Source of the DNA: Chlorokybus atmophyticus
Taxonomy: Eukaryota > Plantae > Mesostigma and Chlorokybus algae
Assembly (NCBI GenBank): GCA_009103225.1
Contig: RHPI01002568.1
Span: forward strand, 75,742 to 139,741
Direction: 5' to 3'
DNA length: 64,000 nt
The notes under the pieces are model-generated. The model saw nothing but the letters and a program-made list of their open reading frames with translations. It made no database searches and was not told the DNA's origin. The position numbers and the translations under genes are program-made. Positions 29,935 through 42,987 of this stretch are shown here, in pieces (the first letter of the stretch is position 1; each line of letters begins with the position of its first letter).

Positions 29935-31300
29935 GATGTCATGCACACCTTGTGTGAAGGTCTAGTGAAGGGCCTCTGCCATGCAGTTTTTGCCAAGGGA
30001 GCGCATGAAAGGGTGGTGGATGTTCCCTTGGTGGAGGCCAGGCTTAAGGACTTCACTGCAGATTGGATCAAGGAAATGCGATCCGGGCGCTCTCCAAAGG
30101 GGATTACAGACAGGCTGGGCTGGTGGAGAAGGCAGAAGACTACCAGAAGTTGATGCATGACTTTGCACCTTATGTGACAACGGGCTTGCTGACTTCGCAC
30201 ATGCGCGACGTCTTCATGTCCTTACACAAGCTCATCTGCCAGTTCTATCGCCACTCCCGCTTCAATGGCTGGACCGAGCCTCAGACACCCTCAGACTAGC
30301 AGGCAGCTTACTGCGTTACTGGCGTATCAACTCAGAAGAATGCTTTGGCCACAACTTGAGACCTCTAGAGCATGCTGGAGCAAGTCATTTGCTGGACGAC
30401 ATCTTCCGCCACGACAGCCATGATGTGTACTGGTGCTACGTCTTCGAGCGCGCTATCTCAGATCACTTGAAGACCAGCACCAACAACAAAGAGTATGAGT
30501 TCAGCTACATACATCGCCACGTACGCTTGTGGTATGAGCGGCTGCTTACTGTCTTGCACGAAGACCAGCGCACGGGCATGGTCTTTGCAACACGCGTTCA
30601 CCTGCAGTTGCGGTCCCATCGCGTGTCCAGCGGTGTTGGAGGTTTCTGGTACGAAGCGCCCAGCCAAAGCAAGGCTTTGGAACTCTGGAAAAAGGCTGAG
30701 ACGTGTCCACACCGGTCTGATTCACAAGACATTTTTGCGCGAGGCATACTTATTGGCCAGCTGCCAGGTCAACCCACACCACTAAGCTAAAAACGGTTTA
30801 TGATGGTCAGCAGGCACATCAGAGCAGATGCTAGGCATCTCGTGCAGAATATGGCTTACCGCTATAAGGCTGTGCTGCTTAATGGTGAGATTCACAGGTA
30901 AGATCGCTTGCTATTGTTGTCCTCACACGTGCTGTTGTGCTTGCTGTCTGATTGCTACCAAGCTTTGTGTTCTACTGTGCAGAATAGAGTCGCCCTTAGG
31001 CATTGACAACGTTGTAACGGACGACCACAGTTACATTGCTGTGAAGCAAGTATTTGTGCATATCTATAAGAAGAAGCCTCAAGTCTTCATTGCTGGTCGC
31101 CAATATGTCATGTACACAGACACAGCTGGTGCCTTGTACCGTGACCTTGATACAAGGTCGAGCTCCGACAAAGCCTACTCATCAATTCTGACATAGCTTG
31201 ACTGGATTGCATGTGTGCAGACGCAACACATTTGAAAAATTGGTCGCTATTAATGCCATTTATGAGGATGACTGCATGCAAGCAGAGTGGGATCCTGCAA
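29935..31300 (+). pseudogene. En/Spm(CACTA)/Plavaka-like transposase, 3' part (frameshifts, probable intron)
   Basis: DVMHTLCEG, KAEDYQKL, HLLDDI...VYWCYVFERAI; GTAAG...TGCAG intron-like segment near 30898-30981. The end is approximate. Confidence 0.6.
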
Positions 31301-31499
31301 TGCCAGCATTGGCAGTGGACCCTTTATCTCCACCCAAAGAGCACATTAATGTGATTTCACAAATGCCACATATTGTTGCGAGCGTACCTCCTACACAACA
31401 ACAAGAAGACATCCGTTCCATATATGCAGAGTTGTCACAAGTGTCAAACGGCTTGAAGAGTATCCCAGCTCTGCAACTCAGTGGGCAGAGTAGCTACGC

Positions 31500-33517
31500 A
31501 ATGAAACTCTGGATGCGGAGAACTTTATAGCAGCTTCTTTGCAGCAACGGCTTACAGCATGGACCACTTGGTTTCAATTGACCATGCAAGGCAAGAAGAC
31601 ATTTGTGCTGGACTGGTTGCGTTACGGGTATCGCTTACAAAAAATGGGCACTTAAGCATCGGCTCGACGCAAATGGGAAGAAGTACATGCTTTGATGAAG
31701 GCCGAAGGCTTTGGTATTGATGTCATGCATTTCCCCAACGCTAGTTGTGTTTCGAAACCGCCAGTCCGCCTCCATACATCGCGATTATGTTGTCACTAAG
31801 TTGGCCAACTTGGTCAAAGCAGGAGCAATCTTTGTTGTGAGTGCGCATGACGTGGCAGTGGTTACAGGAATAGGTGTGGTTAAGCAGGAGAAACGTTTGC
31901 GGCTTATTATGGATCTGAGGTATATCAACCTCTTTTTACGCCACATCCCCATCAGCTATCAGCGGTTACGCGATGTATTGTTGTACACGAAGCGCCATTT
32001 TTGGCAAGTGACAGCAGATTTAAAGTCGGGGTATCATCATGTGCCCATTCATGAGGACAGTAAGCTTTACTTGGCTTTGCGCTATGCGGGAGTCACATAC
32101 AAATGGAATGTACTGCCATTTGGTCTGAAACAAGCATGCTGGTTGTTTACAACTTTAATGTCTACTGTCTTCACGCCTTTAAGGGCAATGGGTTTTCCCT
32201 GCCTGGCTATTGACGACATGCACTTCAGCCATTCCAATCGTTCGCATTTGTGTTGGCGCATTCGCCGCGTACTGCGCTTGTTCAGGACCCTTGGCATCTA
32301 TTTATTTCTGCGAAGAAAAGCCAATAGTGGCCGGATCAAGTAGTGCAGTTGTTGGGTCTGCTAGTGGACACCGTGACCGGCTCATTTGCCATTCCCTCAA
32401 ACAAGTTGGCTAAGCTATTGCAGCTGATGAAAGAATTGTTGAAGGCTCATGTATTGACCAAGCGCCACCTTGCACGCATTGCTGGGAAATTGATCGCGTT
32501 GAAGCTAGCTTTTGCACCTGCAAGCATTTATGCTCGCCAATTGATGTGTCTGGTATTGGCCACGGATGCATGGGACGATACTGTAGGCGATATGAACACT
32601 ATTAAACACTTCTGTGATTGGACTGCAGCTGGGTTGCAGACTTACAATGGCAATGCTTGGTGGAAGCCCCTAATACTGCTTGTAGAGCTGCATGTAGACG
32701 CTTCGGGTACAATTGGTTGGGGGCGACAAGACCTTGGCCTTGCACGGCGGGCAACTTCAAGCCTGAGCATAAGTCACTGCCTTCGGCCGTCGAAGAGGCA
32801 CTCGCTTATGCGCAAGCTTTTACTAAAGTAGCGCGTACGCATGATCTCCAGCACTACACAGTGCGCATTATTGGCGATTGTCAATCAGCGACTCGAATGC
32901 TGAACTAGCTGTCTGATTCCGAGCCTCATATGCTGCAAGCTTTACATCAGTTGTGGTCTTTGTGCTAGGAGCGTGGTATTGCGCTGACGTGTGTGTGGCG
33001 CTCGCGTGACGAGCCGCGCGATGTGGATGCATTATCCAAGTTTATTGATAGAGGAGATTAGGCCTTGACCGCAGACGCAACCGCGCATGTACAGCAGCAT
33101 GTTGGACACTCAACATTGGACTATTTTGCAGCTGATTGGAACAGCAAAGCGCCTGCTTATTGTAGTTACATACACATGCCTGGAAGTTTGGGAAATGCTC
33201 TATTTACAAACTGGCGCGTTGTTTTTCAACGCTTGGGGGGCGGCTTTGTTTGGTGTCACCCGCCATTGGCTCTTTCGCATGAAGCCATAGCATTATTGCA
33301 GTATTGCCAGCTGCCAGCTGTAGTGTCGGTGCCTGAATGGCATTCTGCTGTGTGGTGGCCCGTGTTTCGCGACTGGCAATTCACTTATTATGAGAGATTA
33401 GGCCCACGGCCCGAGTGGTTTGAACGTAGTGCCCGAGTACCTGAAAACAGCATCAACCCTGGATGCTACCCATACATTTGTGCTTTTGTGCATTGGGTAA
33501 GCGTACCTTTCGTATAG
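31500..33517 (+). pseudogene. DIRS/PAT-type reverse transcriptase, RNase H and Dam-like (N6-adenine MTase) domain, decayed
   Basis: QRLTAWTTW..VLDWLRYGYRL, RLIMDLRYIN, ADLKSGYHHV, LPFGL, LLGLLVDT, HVDASG, GDCQSA, DVDALSK, then TLDYFAADWNSK...WCHPP...VPEW. Confidence 0.85.
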
Positions 33518-34700
33518 GTAACGGTGCATGATGACAGCACTTCTCCATGTGCCTTAAGCTTGTATTTCTTCCAGAGTAACACCACACTGGAAGGCGCTTT
33601 AAGCGGCACCACGCCTGAACGAGTGCAACCCTAGGTGCGGCCTATATATGCCACACGCCTTGCAACAGCGCACAATCGCATGGTATGCACAGTTACAAGA
33701 CATGCTATGTTCTTCCCACTTCAACCTATTCTTTGCAACAGGCCGAAATAGAGGACCAGCGGTGATGGCGAAGGAGCTCCCGCGACAGTAGGTTAGATAG
33801 GCATGGAGTACTTCACAGAACTCCACAGGCAGACTACTGCTGCGCACTTGTCTGCTGGGTGCGCCTCCGGTGCTGTAATTCTTGAGATGTGTTACAGTGG
33901 CCGTCAGCCCTGAACCTGCCGCTTGTATCTCGTGCATCTGTAAACGCGCACCTTCGCCACCCCGTTGCCATGTGCACCATAAGTATAGGCAAATTGCATA
34001 GTTGCGCCAGAGCACAGCCTTGTCATGTGTGACTGTCAATTGCTAAGGTATGGTACACAGCTGCTGCTGAAAGTATAGGATCAGCGTACGCATGTCATCA
34101 ATGGCCAATGGCACAGCAGGAATAGGTTGAACTCCTTGCCGAGCAGCAATCTTTGCGTATCATTGACGAAACCCGCGCACGTCTCTGGACGGAAGCGGGT
34201 TCCCTGTGGATGTGTTGCTGTCCCAAGGGCTGATGCACCCCAGAAATCCAAACGAGCATGTGAGATGTGAGATCACATTGTCCAGTGTGGTGCTAGCAAT
34301 CATGCGATGGCCATGGCGCTCGCGCCTGCGAGCTTTGCCAATGTGTGTCGGTCCAGTGCTCAGCAAGGTAGCTTGTGACAACAGCTGGGGTGACATTGAT
34401 GACGGCAATGTGGAGCTTAGGATGGTGCAAGTAGTTAACAAACTCTTGTCAGACGCGATCGCGTTGGTCACGAGTGCCATCAGATACAGCTTCACGGCTG
34501 ATGCGCTCTACTTTCAACAGCGCTGCCGCTGCTCGCTCTCGCAAATTACAGCTGGGGACTTGCTTGGGACGCACAGTCGCGCGTGCGGTGCGTTGGGTAT
34601 CAGCGGTATGTTGCAAGCGTTGTGCGAAGTCCATCTGCACAGCAATCACACACATGGTCAAACAACTGCTTTCATCAAGCGCAAGGATCAAATACTATCA
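33510..34700 (-). pseudogene. Tyrosine recombinase of the DIRS/PAT-type element, convergent with the RT
   Basis: TGNPLPSRDV, AVPLAIDDM, WQRGGEG, GPLFRP, GLHSFRRGAA, GTWRSAVIMHRY; stops and frameshifts. Confidence 0.8.
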
Positions 34701-35329
34701 AATGACTAAACACAATGATCTTGATATGCAACTTTGGCAACACAAGTACAGCAGACCCTACACCTACAACTCTTCCCTACTGATATATGCTTGGGAGGGT
34801 GAGGTAGAATGTTCAATGCATTCACAGTCGTTCAATGCGTAAACTATACTTATAACGATGAACGCGTATGATTGTAGGGCTTAGGTATTTTTGCCAAAGT
34901 TGGAATGTAGGTAGGATGATTGTTTGAAACAAAAGGACTGTAAAGCGTTCATTGTGTGCAAAGTAGTATAATGTTAGCACCAGGCCTGCTACGTACCATG
35001 CGTCATCAGAGACACTAGTCTGCAATGACCGCATGGCATGATCGAGCCGCGGCCTTGCACACGTCAGCAGAGCGATGAGTACGATACTGACCTTAACCCG
35101 TGCTAAAACCCTCGCTGTGTCGTACTGAGGCAGCTTGCGTCGCTCGCTTATGCTGCAAGCGCTGGAAGCGGCACTAGAGGCGGCGGTGCTGGAGGTAGGC
35201 TACTACGGGAAGGTAAGTGCTTTGTGGCGTTGATTGTTCGTTGCTTTTTGTGTGCTTGCGGTAAAGTTGTTGTAGGTATTGTAAGCATTTTGTAAGTAGT
35301 CATTGTAGGTTACTTGCTGTTGGCATTGG

Positions 35330-35630
35330 TATAACAATAGTTGCTACGGTTGAAGCGGCTCTCGCTGGCGTTGTCTGCACTGTCGTCAATTGTGTTGTTG
35401 TCCGACAATTGAGTCAATGACGTTGTTGTTGACGTTGTTGTTGTTGTGGTGGTGGTGGTTGAGATTGTGGTGATGGCTGTGCTTGTGATTGCTGCTGCTG
35501 TAGTGTCACAACTGCTAAACGAACAAGAGAAACGGCAAGCTACCGCTGTAGCTTGCCGTTCTGCAGCCGCTACTACAGCCGCAACAGCCGCAGCTGCTGT
35601 GGCTGTAGCAGCAATCAATGTGACATATTT
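35330..35630. repeat. Low-complexity (GTT/GTG/GCT)n region with a 13-bp hairpin at 35531-35560
   Basis: Trinucleotide runs; AACGGCAAGCTAC-cgct-GTAGCTTGCCGTT. Confidence 0.6.
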
Positions 35631-35759
35631 TTCAAACAACTGGGTTGTCTGTGTGGTTAATAGTGGTCAATAGTCCAGCAAGTTCGGCACATGCACTCAC
35701 TTGGACCACGGTGTGCGCACACGCGTGTGTGTGAGTGCATTCACATGCGTGTGGGTACT

Positions 35760-35994
35760 TATTCGGAGTAGATGCAAAAGCAGGCTGTACCATGAGCAGT
35801 TTGAACGCGAAAGGGAGTTTGCACTTCCTGAGAGCCTGATTAACTTTGCTGTGTATGTACGAGATGACGTCATTGCAAGGCAGGTGGCAAGGGACCTGCG
35901 AACATGCTTTCCCGACGAAGAGGAACTGATGAAAGTGGCACATTGGTTGTCTTGTACTGCGGACTGCTGTGAGCTTTACGAGCTCAATTGGTGA
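35760..35994 (+). pseudogene. Partial copy (C-terminal part) of the orphan gene at 48954-49423
   Basis: KSRLYHEQFEREREFALPESLINFAVYVRDD...CCELYELNW closely matches 49205-49423, and the similarity continues into the 3' flank. Confidence 0.7.
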
Positions 35995-37197
35995 AGTGTG
36001 TTCCGGTGTCCATAGTTTTGTGACCGCTAGCTACTTGTGCGTAACGCTCTTGCTAGCAGCAACACTGCCCATTGCTCCTAGTTGCACACGTATTGCTTAG
36101 CCTCTTGCTTGCTTTGCTGCACTACCAACTCTTGCACTTGTTGAAATCCTCAAGGACAGCCTGGATGTGTCACCAATTCTGTGTACGCAGAGCAAGGACA
36201 CTCCACTTCAACATGCAGTGTCGGAATGGGTACACAGCATGGCAGTCGAGCACAACTGACGCATGTATGTCATGATAAAAGCAACCCAGTACATACAGCA
36301 ATCGGTAAGCAATCACTCTTTCCACACCACCTCTGAAGAACTGACGCAGGTGTGGAACCAAAACGCCGCTCATGATCAGCTGCAGACAAATGTGCACAAG
36401 TGCATTGGAGGAGGCTGGCTGCACAATGGCGGGTAGATATGGTGTATGCTTGCCAGAGGAGAAGAGAGAGGCTGCTGCATGGAGGGCGTGCTACTGCGCA
36501 TGCATTCAGGGCCATCACCACCGCAGTAGGAGGTGAGTAGATAGTAATTCATGTGCACACGACGTGTACCTGAGGGTGACGTGCACGACATTGTTTCACT
36601 CTGTCACGTTCTCAACACTGCTTCGTCTTCCTCGCGGACAGAAGCCCGCACCTTTACCATGATAAGCCTCCATGCCGACACGTTCATCATCTACCTACAC
36701 CCGCACATCATAACTCCATGCAGGCCTCCAGACGTGCTGCTGCAGACATCGACTAGCCCGGCCTTTGCAACCGTGCGAATCTGCCTCTACATAGAGGCAG
36801 ATTTGCACGGTTGGCACCTGCAACTCGATAAGCGCTGCTACTCTCACCTACATCACATGCGAGTGGCACACTCTTAACCTCCGACACACATGTCACAATG
36901 AGCGTCCTACTCTCTTGATGCATGTAATGTGCTTGGCAGCGTCACAAGGATTGAGAAGCCAGGCTCTATGGCGTGTACTTTGAGTGCATGCACAAGCGCA
37001 CACACTGTGGTACGCTGTGATTTCAGTCATGGCATTAGACAGGTTGACTGCTGGCTTCGCCACCAACGTATCTGTTAACTTCGACACCTCTGACCTCACG
37101 ACAACTGGCTTGGGCTAGTGGCGGCGGCGGCGGCGGCGGCTCTGGTGAGGCGTTCGGCGGCGGCGATAGCAGGGGCGTGGGGGACTGACTGTTCCCC

Positions 37198-37566
37198 NNN
37201 NNNNNNNNNNNNNNNNNNNNNNNNNNNNNNNNNNNNNNNNNNNNNNNNNNNNNNNNNNNNNNNNNNNNNNNNNNNNNNNNNNNNNNNNNNNNNNNNNNNN
37301 NNNNNNNNNNNNNNNNNNNNNNNNNNNNNNNNNNNNNNNNNNNNNNNNNNNNNNNNNNNNNNNNNNNNNNNNNNNNNNNNNNNNNNNNNNNNNNNNNNNN
37401 NNNNNNNNNNNNNNNNNNNNNNNNNNNNNNNNNNNNNNNNNNNNNNNNNNNNNNNNNNNNNNNNNNNNNNNNNNNNNNNNNNNNNNNNNNNNNNNNNNNN
37501 NNNNNNNNNNNNNNNNNNNNNNNNNNNNNNNNNNNNNNNNNNNNNNNNNNNNNNNNNNNNNNNNNN
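37198..37566. other. Assembly gap
   Basis: Run of N. Confidence 1.
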
Positions 37567-37879
37567 ACCTCTATCAAACCCCTATCACCCCCCTTCACTC
37601 TTTCAACACCACCGCAGCCAGCAGCAGCCAGCAGCGGCGGCGCAGTCGACCGTTGCAGCGGTTTGCTGAACCAGTTGCGTATATGGTGAGAGTGCTGGTA
37701 CTATCGGTAGCATTATGCAGCTCACTGCCAACTACAACATGCTAAGGACACATACACTTAGTTGATGCAGAACACTAGTTCATATAGTGGATGCTGCAGT
37801 GACCACAGTGTTCACTCCTTGCCGGAAGCGACAAGTTCGTGGAGCCTTCTAAGAACGTAAGCCTGCGGAAATCATTGTT

Positions 37880-40300
37880 GTAGGTTGCTGACGTGACCTA
37901 TCGGTTTGCACGCTGCGTTTCGAGGCATGTCACCAGATCAGTCCCTACGTCGCACAGACCCGCTGCGTACATGGCCAGCCCCTCGGCAATCACAACGCTC
38001 TTCCAAGCTTCTATCACCTTTTGGGAGATGTTGAGCCAGCACTTGATAGCACTATTCATTGTGCGCACTGCCTTGGCACGAAACCCAGCTGCGACTCCAA
38101 CAGCAACTGCCGCACCCACTGGTAGAGCAACTGCAGACAGTAGTGCAGTCCCCGCAGCCATGCCACCACCGCCTGCAGCCACAGCACCACCCCCGAGCCA
38201 TGCCAAAGCAGCACTCGTGGCTGCTGCACCTTCAAGGCTTGCAATTACCACACCACCTGCACAGCACAGAGTGTGAGCATTTGATGCACGGCTGACTGTG
38301 TTTCGATCGGGTTGAGCCGTTGTCCATCAATGCACTACAGAGTGTGCAACAACGGTGCGCACCTGCAGTGGTGCCAACAAGTGCGGCAGTTGATGACAAT
38401 ATTGAAGGCACTGCTGCAGCAGTGCCCACTCCGGCAATGATGCCGGCGGCCATGCCAGCTTCCATGGGCAATGGAATACTGGCCTGTAGCGCTAGGCCAT
38501 CCAGATCGCTGATGTGAAAGCCATCATTGCTTCGCATTTATTCAAACCAGATGCCGCTGCGCCAAGTGAGCCTTAACATATCTTCGTGTGTTTGGCGTAG
38601 CAGACTGCTTGCTGCATGGCCCCTTGGTTTCAATTCTTTCTCTAGCCAGTTGATGATTTGAGTAGCTCTTTTTACGGTTGCTTTTGCCTTGTCGCGCGGG
38701 TCACTTACCATGGAATCGTCCTTTGTGTACTGATTCAGCTTGATACGAGCCTCAGCTAATGCGCTGTTGCTGACCTCAGCAATGAGGTTCTGCAGCATGC
38801 TTGTACACACTTGGTCCTTCACTTCCCAGCGCACATCATCCTGATGTTGCTGTGGAAGACTCGAGTAATCTCTGTGGCCCTGAACCTGTCATAGCAATGA
38901 CTTTGCATTGATATTGTCGCAAGGTGCATTAGCTCTGTCATGCTTGTATATTCATACTGCATTTACCGAACAAGACAAAACCTAAGAAAGGCTGCTATGC
39001 AGTGTTGCAAGCGGTGAGTTAATGACGATTCAGTTGGATGCATTGCAGTAAGTACCTCGTTTACGCTGCTGATCTGATAGCCTCGGTTTCATGATCAACT
39101 CTTTTGCACCAGGTGATGACATGGTTGCTTTTCCCAACCTCGCTCTGCACGACACGCTGCCAATCAGCGTATGAGAATCATCACAACATGTGCAGGTGGG
39201 ATGCACGGCATCTACCAGCATGCCTCATGGAGACATTGCATGTTACCAGTGTCTTTAAGCTGAATTGTACTGCTCTTGCGCGATTGGCTGTCTCCTCAAC
39301 CAGGGCAAAAGTGTCATATCTCACAATCTCTTTCCAAACTTGAATCGCCCTTTCAAACTGGCTCAAGGGTGGGATGCTGCCATTGGCTGCTGCATCAAAT
39401 GCTGCCTGGAGGCCCTGCATGACTGTTGAGCCAGTTGTGCGCTGCGTCTGCACCGACGCTACAAGCTCTCTGATAAGAATATTGCGCAGAATGCTCGTGG
39501 AGTTCCGCCAATGGCGGGTGGTATCCTGAGGGCTGATGTCTGTCAAGTTGTTTATGCCATCAACCGGATGCGGCAGTGCCCATGATGCAGTTGGCTGGAA
39601 GGGAGTGTTCATATTCGTGAGTGCAAGCAGTAGCCTGCGTTGCGTGTCCACGCTTGCAGTCTGGTACAGCTGCTGGTCGCTCTCAACACCTCGAGCAATG
39701 CTGCCATAGTTGAAGTCGCGCTCGACGAAGAAAATCGCAGGTGGGCGTGCCTCGGCGTGCTGTTGGCCTGTTCCAGTGCTGAAAGCGAAGTTGTATGAGT
39801 CGGACATCATTGCATACGCGCTCACTCCCGCTGCTGCTGACTTCTGAAAGATTGTTACGGGGGACGAGTACAGCAAGGCCTTGAGAAGGGTGCCGTGGTT
39901 GGCACGCAATGCGACGGTGTCGGCACAACCTTCGGCGTCAATGATGAACACCTTGGCATTGCCAGCGTCCAGGGGACAGTCCACTCCAGCCCGCTGAGCA
40001 AGGGCACCAAGCTCGTAGGGGCCGGCGATGTCCGCGCCGTCCGTGACACCGTCATACTCGTCCTATACGCGATGGAAGTCCGTGCCCATGAGCGTGTTGA
40101 GCAGGTAAGATTTGCCAATGCGCAAGGGTCCGCAGCTGAGCAGCAAGATAACGGCTTCATCAACGCAAGCTCCTCCAGCAGCTCCCATGCACTCGCTTGT
40201 CCAGTTGCGACACGAGGAAAAAGGGCCAGCTCGCCAATCGCGTCGCGGCCAACAACAGCTTTGCCTGCCTGCTCTCACAATGAGAGCGTGAGTGTTGGCT
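37880..40300 (-). pseudogene. GBP/atlastin-like (GB1/RHD3) GTPase with a C-terminal glycine-zipper-like hydrophobic region; frameshift and in-frame TAG near the P-loop
   Basis: GPLRIGKSYLLNTL (G1), FIIDAEG (G3), FFVERDF (G4); TAG at 40063-40065 between DFHRV and DEYDG; C-terminal GAAATSAALAWLGGGAVAAGGGGMAAG. The exon structure of the 3' half is uncertain. Confidence 0.7.
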
Positions 40301-42557
40301 GCAGGTAGCCTATGCTGAATTCACGGGGTGCGCAAAGGCTTGGCTTGGAGCCTTGCGCATCAACTGCACATATGCTCTACTAAAGCGTATGTGCTCCGCA
40401 CAGGACACATGCACAGCCCGAACTGTTGGCTGCTGCGTACGTTACCTTGCATTTGGATGTAAGCCGCCTGCAGGTGCTGCCATTGCATGCAGATTGGCTC
40501 GCGATGTACCTGTTGCAAGGTGTCAAGCGGAAGTTGGCTGAGGGTGGCAAGCATTCACAGTATTCTGCATGACATGCAGAAGACTTCATGCATTGCCAGG
40601 CATGTTGATGATGTCATGGTCTTGAGCAATAATGCACTCAGCAGCCAAGCGTGTTGTGAAAGTCGTCCTACACGGCAAGTGAGCTCTTGATCTCGAGCTG
40701 TTCAATTCAACCAGTCAAGCTAGTTGAAGCAATGCAAAGCCGTCATAGAACTACTGGCAGTCCTGGCTCGTCATTAAAACTATTGTTCTCCGTTATGTAA
40801 ATGTCTACCTACAAAAAGACAATTTGCCTCACGCACATAATGGTTCCTCTTGACACTGTGCAACATCATACACACGCCTAACAAGTGCATGTGGCTCATC
40901 TACCACGCAGTGCACGCTTAGCTGCTTATGTTGGTGCCTGTGTGCATTCTGGTGCAGATAAATTTGCTCCTTTGCACTCAGTCGCTAATCGGACATACCT
41001 GACCGGCAGTGGGATAGAAGCAGCGCCCCAATGATAGGGTTTTCAACTGGACCAACCCAAGCAGAACGTCCACCGGCCTGGTCGCTGCTTCAACGCTAGC
41101 ACAACTAGCAGTAGCAGTGGGATTGATGTCACTTTTTACTAAGTTCTTTTGGGCTTGTGGCAGAGTGTGTCGTAGGTTACATGGTGAGCCAGCACTGTGC
41201 CTAGTCGCCGCCTGGTCGCTGCCTTGACTCGCCATGACCGCTGCCACGGGGCAGCTGGCGCTAGCCGCCCCGTGGCCATGGTCAAGCCAGGCAGCGCAAA
41301 CTCTAACGCCCACGCCCCGGCCATGCTGACCGGCCGGAGAAGCAAGCTCAGCTGTCTTCACTGCCGTCCACCTCAACGAGGCGCTGCCGTGTAGGCCTAG
41401 GCCTAGACCTCCCATTTCGCCTGCACGCCGCAGCATAGACCTGCTGACCGCTCTGCAATGCAGTGACGTTGTTATAGAAACGTGCAAACGCTTCTGCTCA
41501 CACCCGTCGTAGTCGTTCACACGGCTAACTGGTTTCAACAACAGGACATGATCATGCCCTCCTTACTACTGTAGTAGAAATGGTAAGTGGCGAAGACAAA
41601 GCTTGACATAGAGGGGGACTCCGATAGCGTAATTCCATATACGAGTCTACTAAGGAACACAGTATGTAACTCACCCTATTACGTAAAAATAATATTCGAA
41701 TGAGCATACATATGCAGCGAATATAAACATATGATGTGTTCATGTAAAGTAGTTTTTCTTATATTATATAAACACGAATTGTACATGCATGCTTTTCATG
41801 TTCGAAATCGGACATGAAAACACCTTTACTATTTGCACGTATTTAACACAAATGCGAGCACTCATATCATGCGTGTAATTAGTGAAAATGCTTGCATTCC
41901 TTCTTTTCTCGTGCATGTGTGTATAAAAACACGTACATGTGTACACGGCGAGTATGTGAAGTATATGCAAGGGCACATGAAAACCAATAGCCCCCTTGCC
42001 CCCGTCCCCCCCACCCCCCCTTTTGCAACTTGGTTGCCAATCAATTGTTCGAAATGATTACTGCATATATGTGTTACATAACACCCTTTGCAATCATTAT
42101 AAAGACTTCGCCCGATGCAGACATTTATTGTTAATTGCTGTTAAACAATGCTTCCACCCTTTCATACACCCCCTCACCTCTTGAGAGGTGCACTATGTAT
42201 TACATGTAGTCGTACGTGCCGCGATCTTGCGTGCATCTAGGTAGCATAATATCAGTTCATGCGGCACGTCACAGCGCTACACTTGATGTAGTTACGAGGG
42301 CCATGTGCGGTAAGATTTTTTAGCAGAATTGGGATTGGTTTTGGGCTAGGTTAAAGTGGTATTAAAGTTGAATTCAAGGTAAATCCAAAAATTCAGGTTA
42401 GAGTTGCGAGGCAAGATGTGATTAATCACGAGCTACACACGTATAACAGAGTTGTTCCATTTTCAAAGTATCATAAAGCACTTGCGCAGTCAACAACACA
42501 TTCTGCCGTTGCTGGTTGTTAATCAGCGTGTAGCCGAGTGCACTACGTGTGCCTTTC

Positions 42558-42598
42558 TGTGTCAGCATGTTGATAAGCCGTATCAACATGCTGACACA
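42558..42598. repeat. Perfect 18-bp inverted repeat with a 5-nt loop
   Basis: TGTGTCAGCATGTTGATA-agccg-TATCAACATGCTGACACA. Confidence 0.9.
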
Positions 42599-42987
42599 CC
42601 GATAGCATAGCCTAGAATTTGCATTATATCAAACACATTTCATGTAGCTTTACATTAGCATGTGTCTGTCACACTTCGTTAGCAAATGGCGTGCCTAGCC
42701 GCGTTGACCTTGTCCGTCGCTGACCGTCAGCACGGTCCGTGGCCTGCCAGTTATACCGCAGGGCTGCCACGTGCAGTGCGTCAACCATCCGGCTCAAGGC
42801 CTGTGCTGATTGGCCGCGTGATCATATCACGTGACTGCCGCATTGAAGAAGGCCGTCAGCAACACGGGTGGCGGCGACTGCGGCGGCGGCGGGCTAGCGC
42901 AGGGCGGAGGAAAACTTCTAGAGGCAAGCGCTGTTTCCATGCAGCTGCCGCGCAGGCCAAGTAGAGCAACACAGGGTGACACGAACA

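Noticed and set aside
36070-37190. Possible gene remnant on the minus strand next to the first gap
   Set aside because: Fragmentary frames with stops and no identifiable domain.
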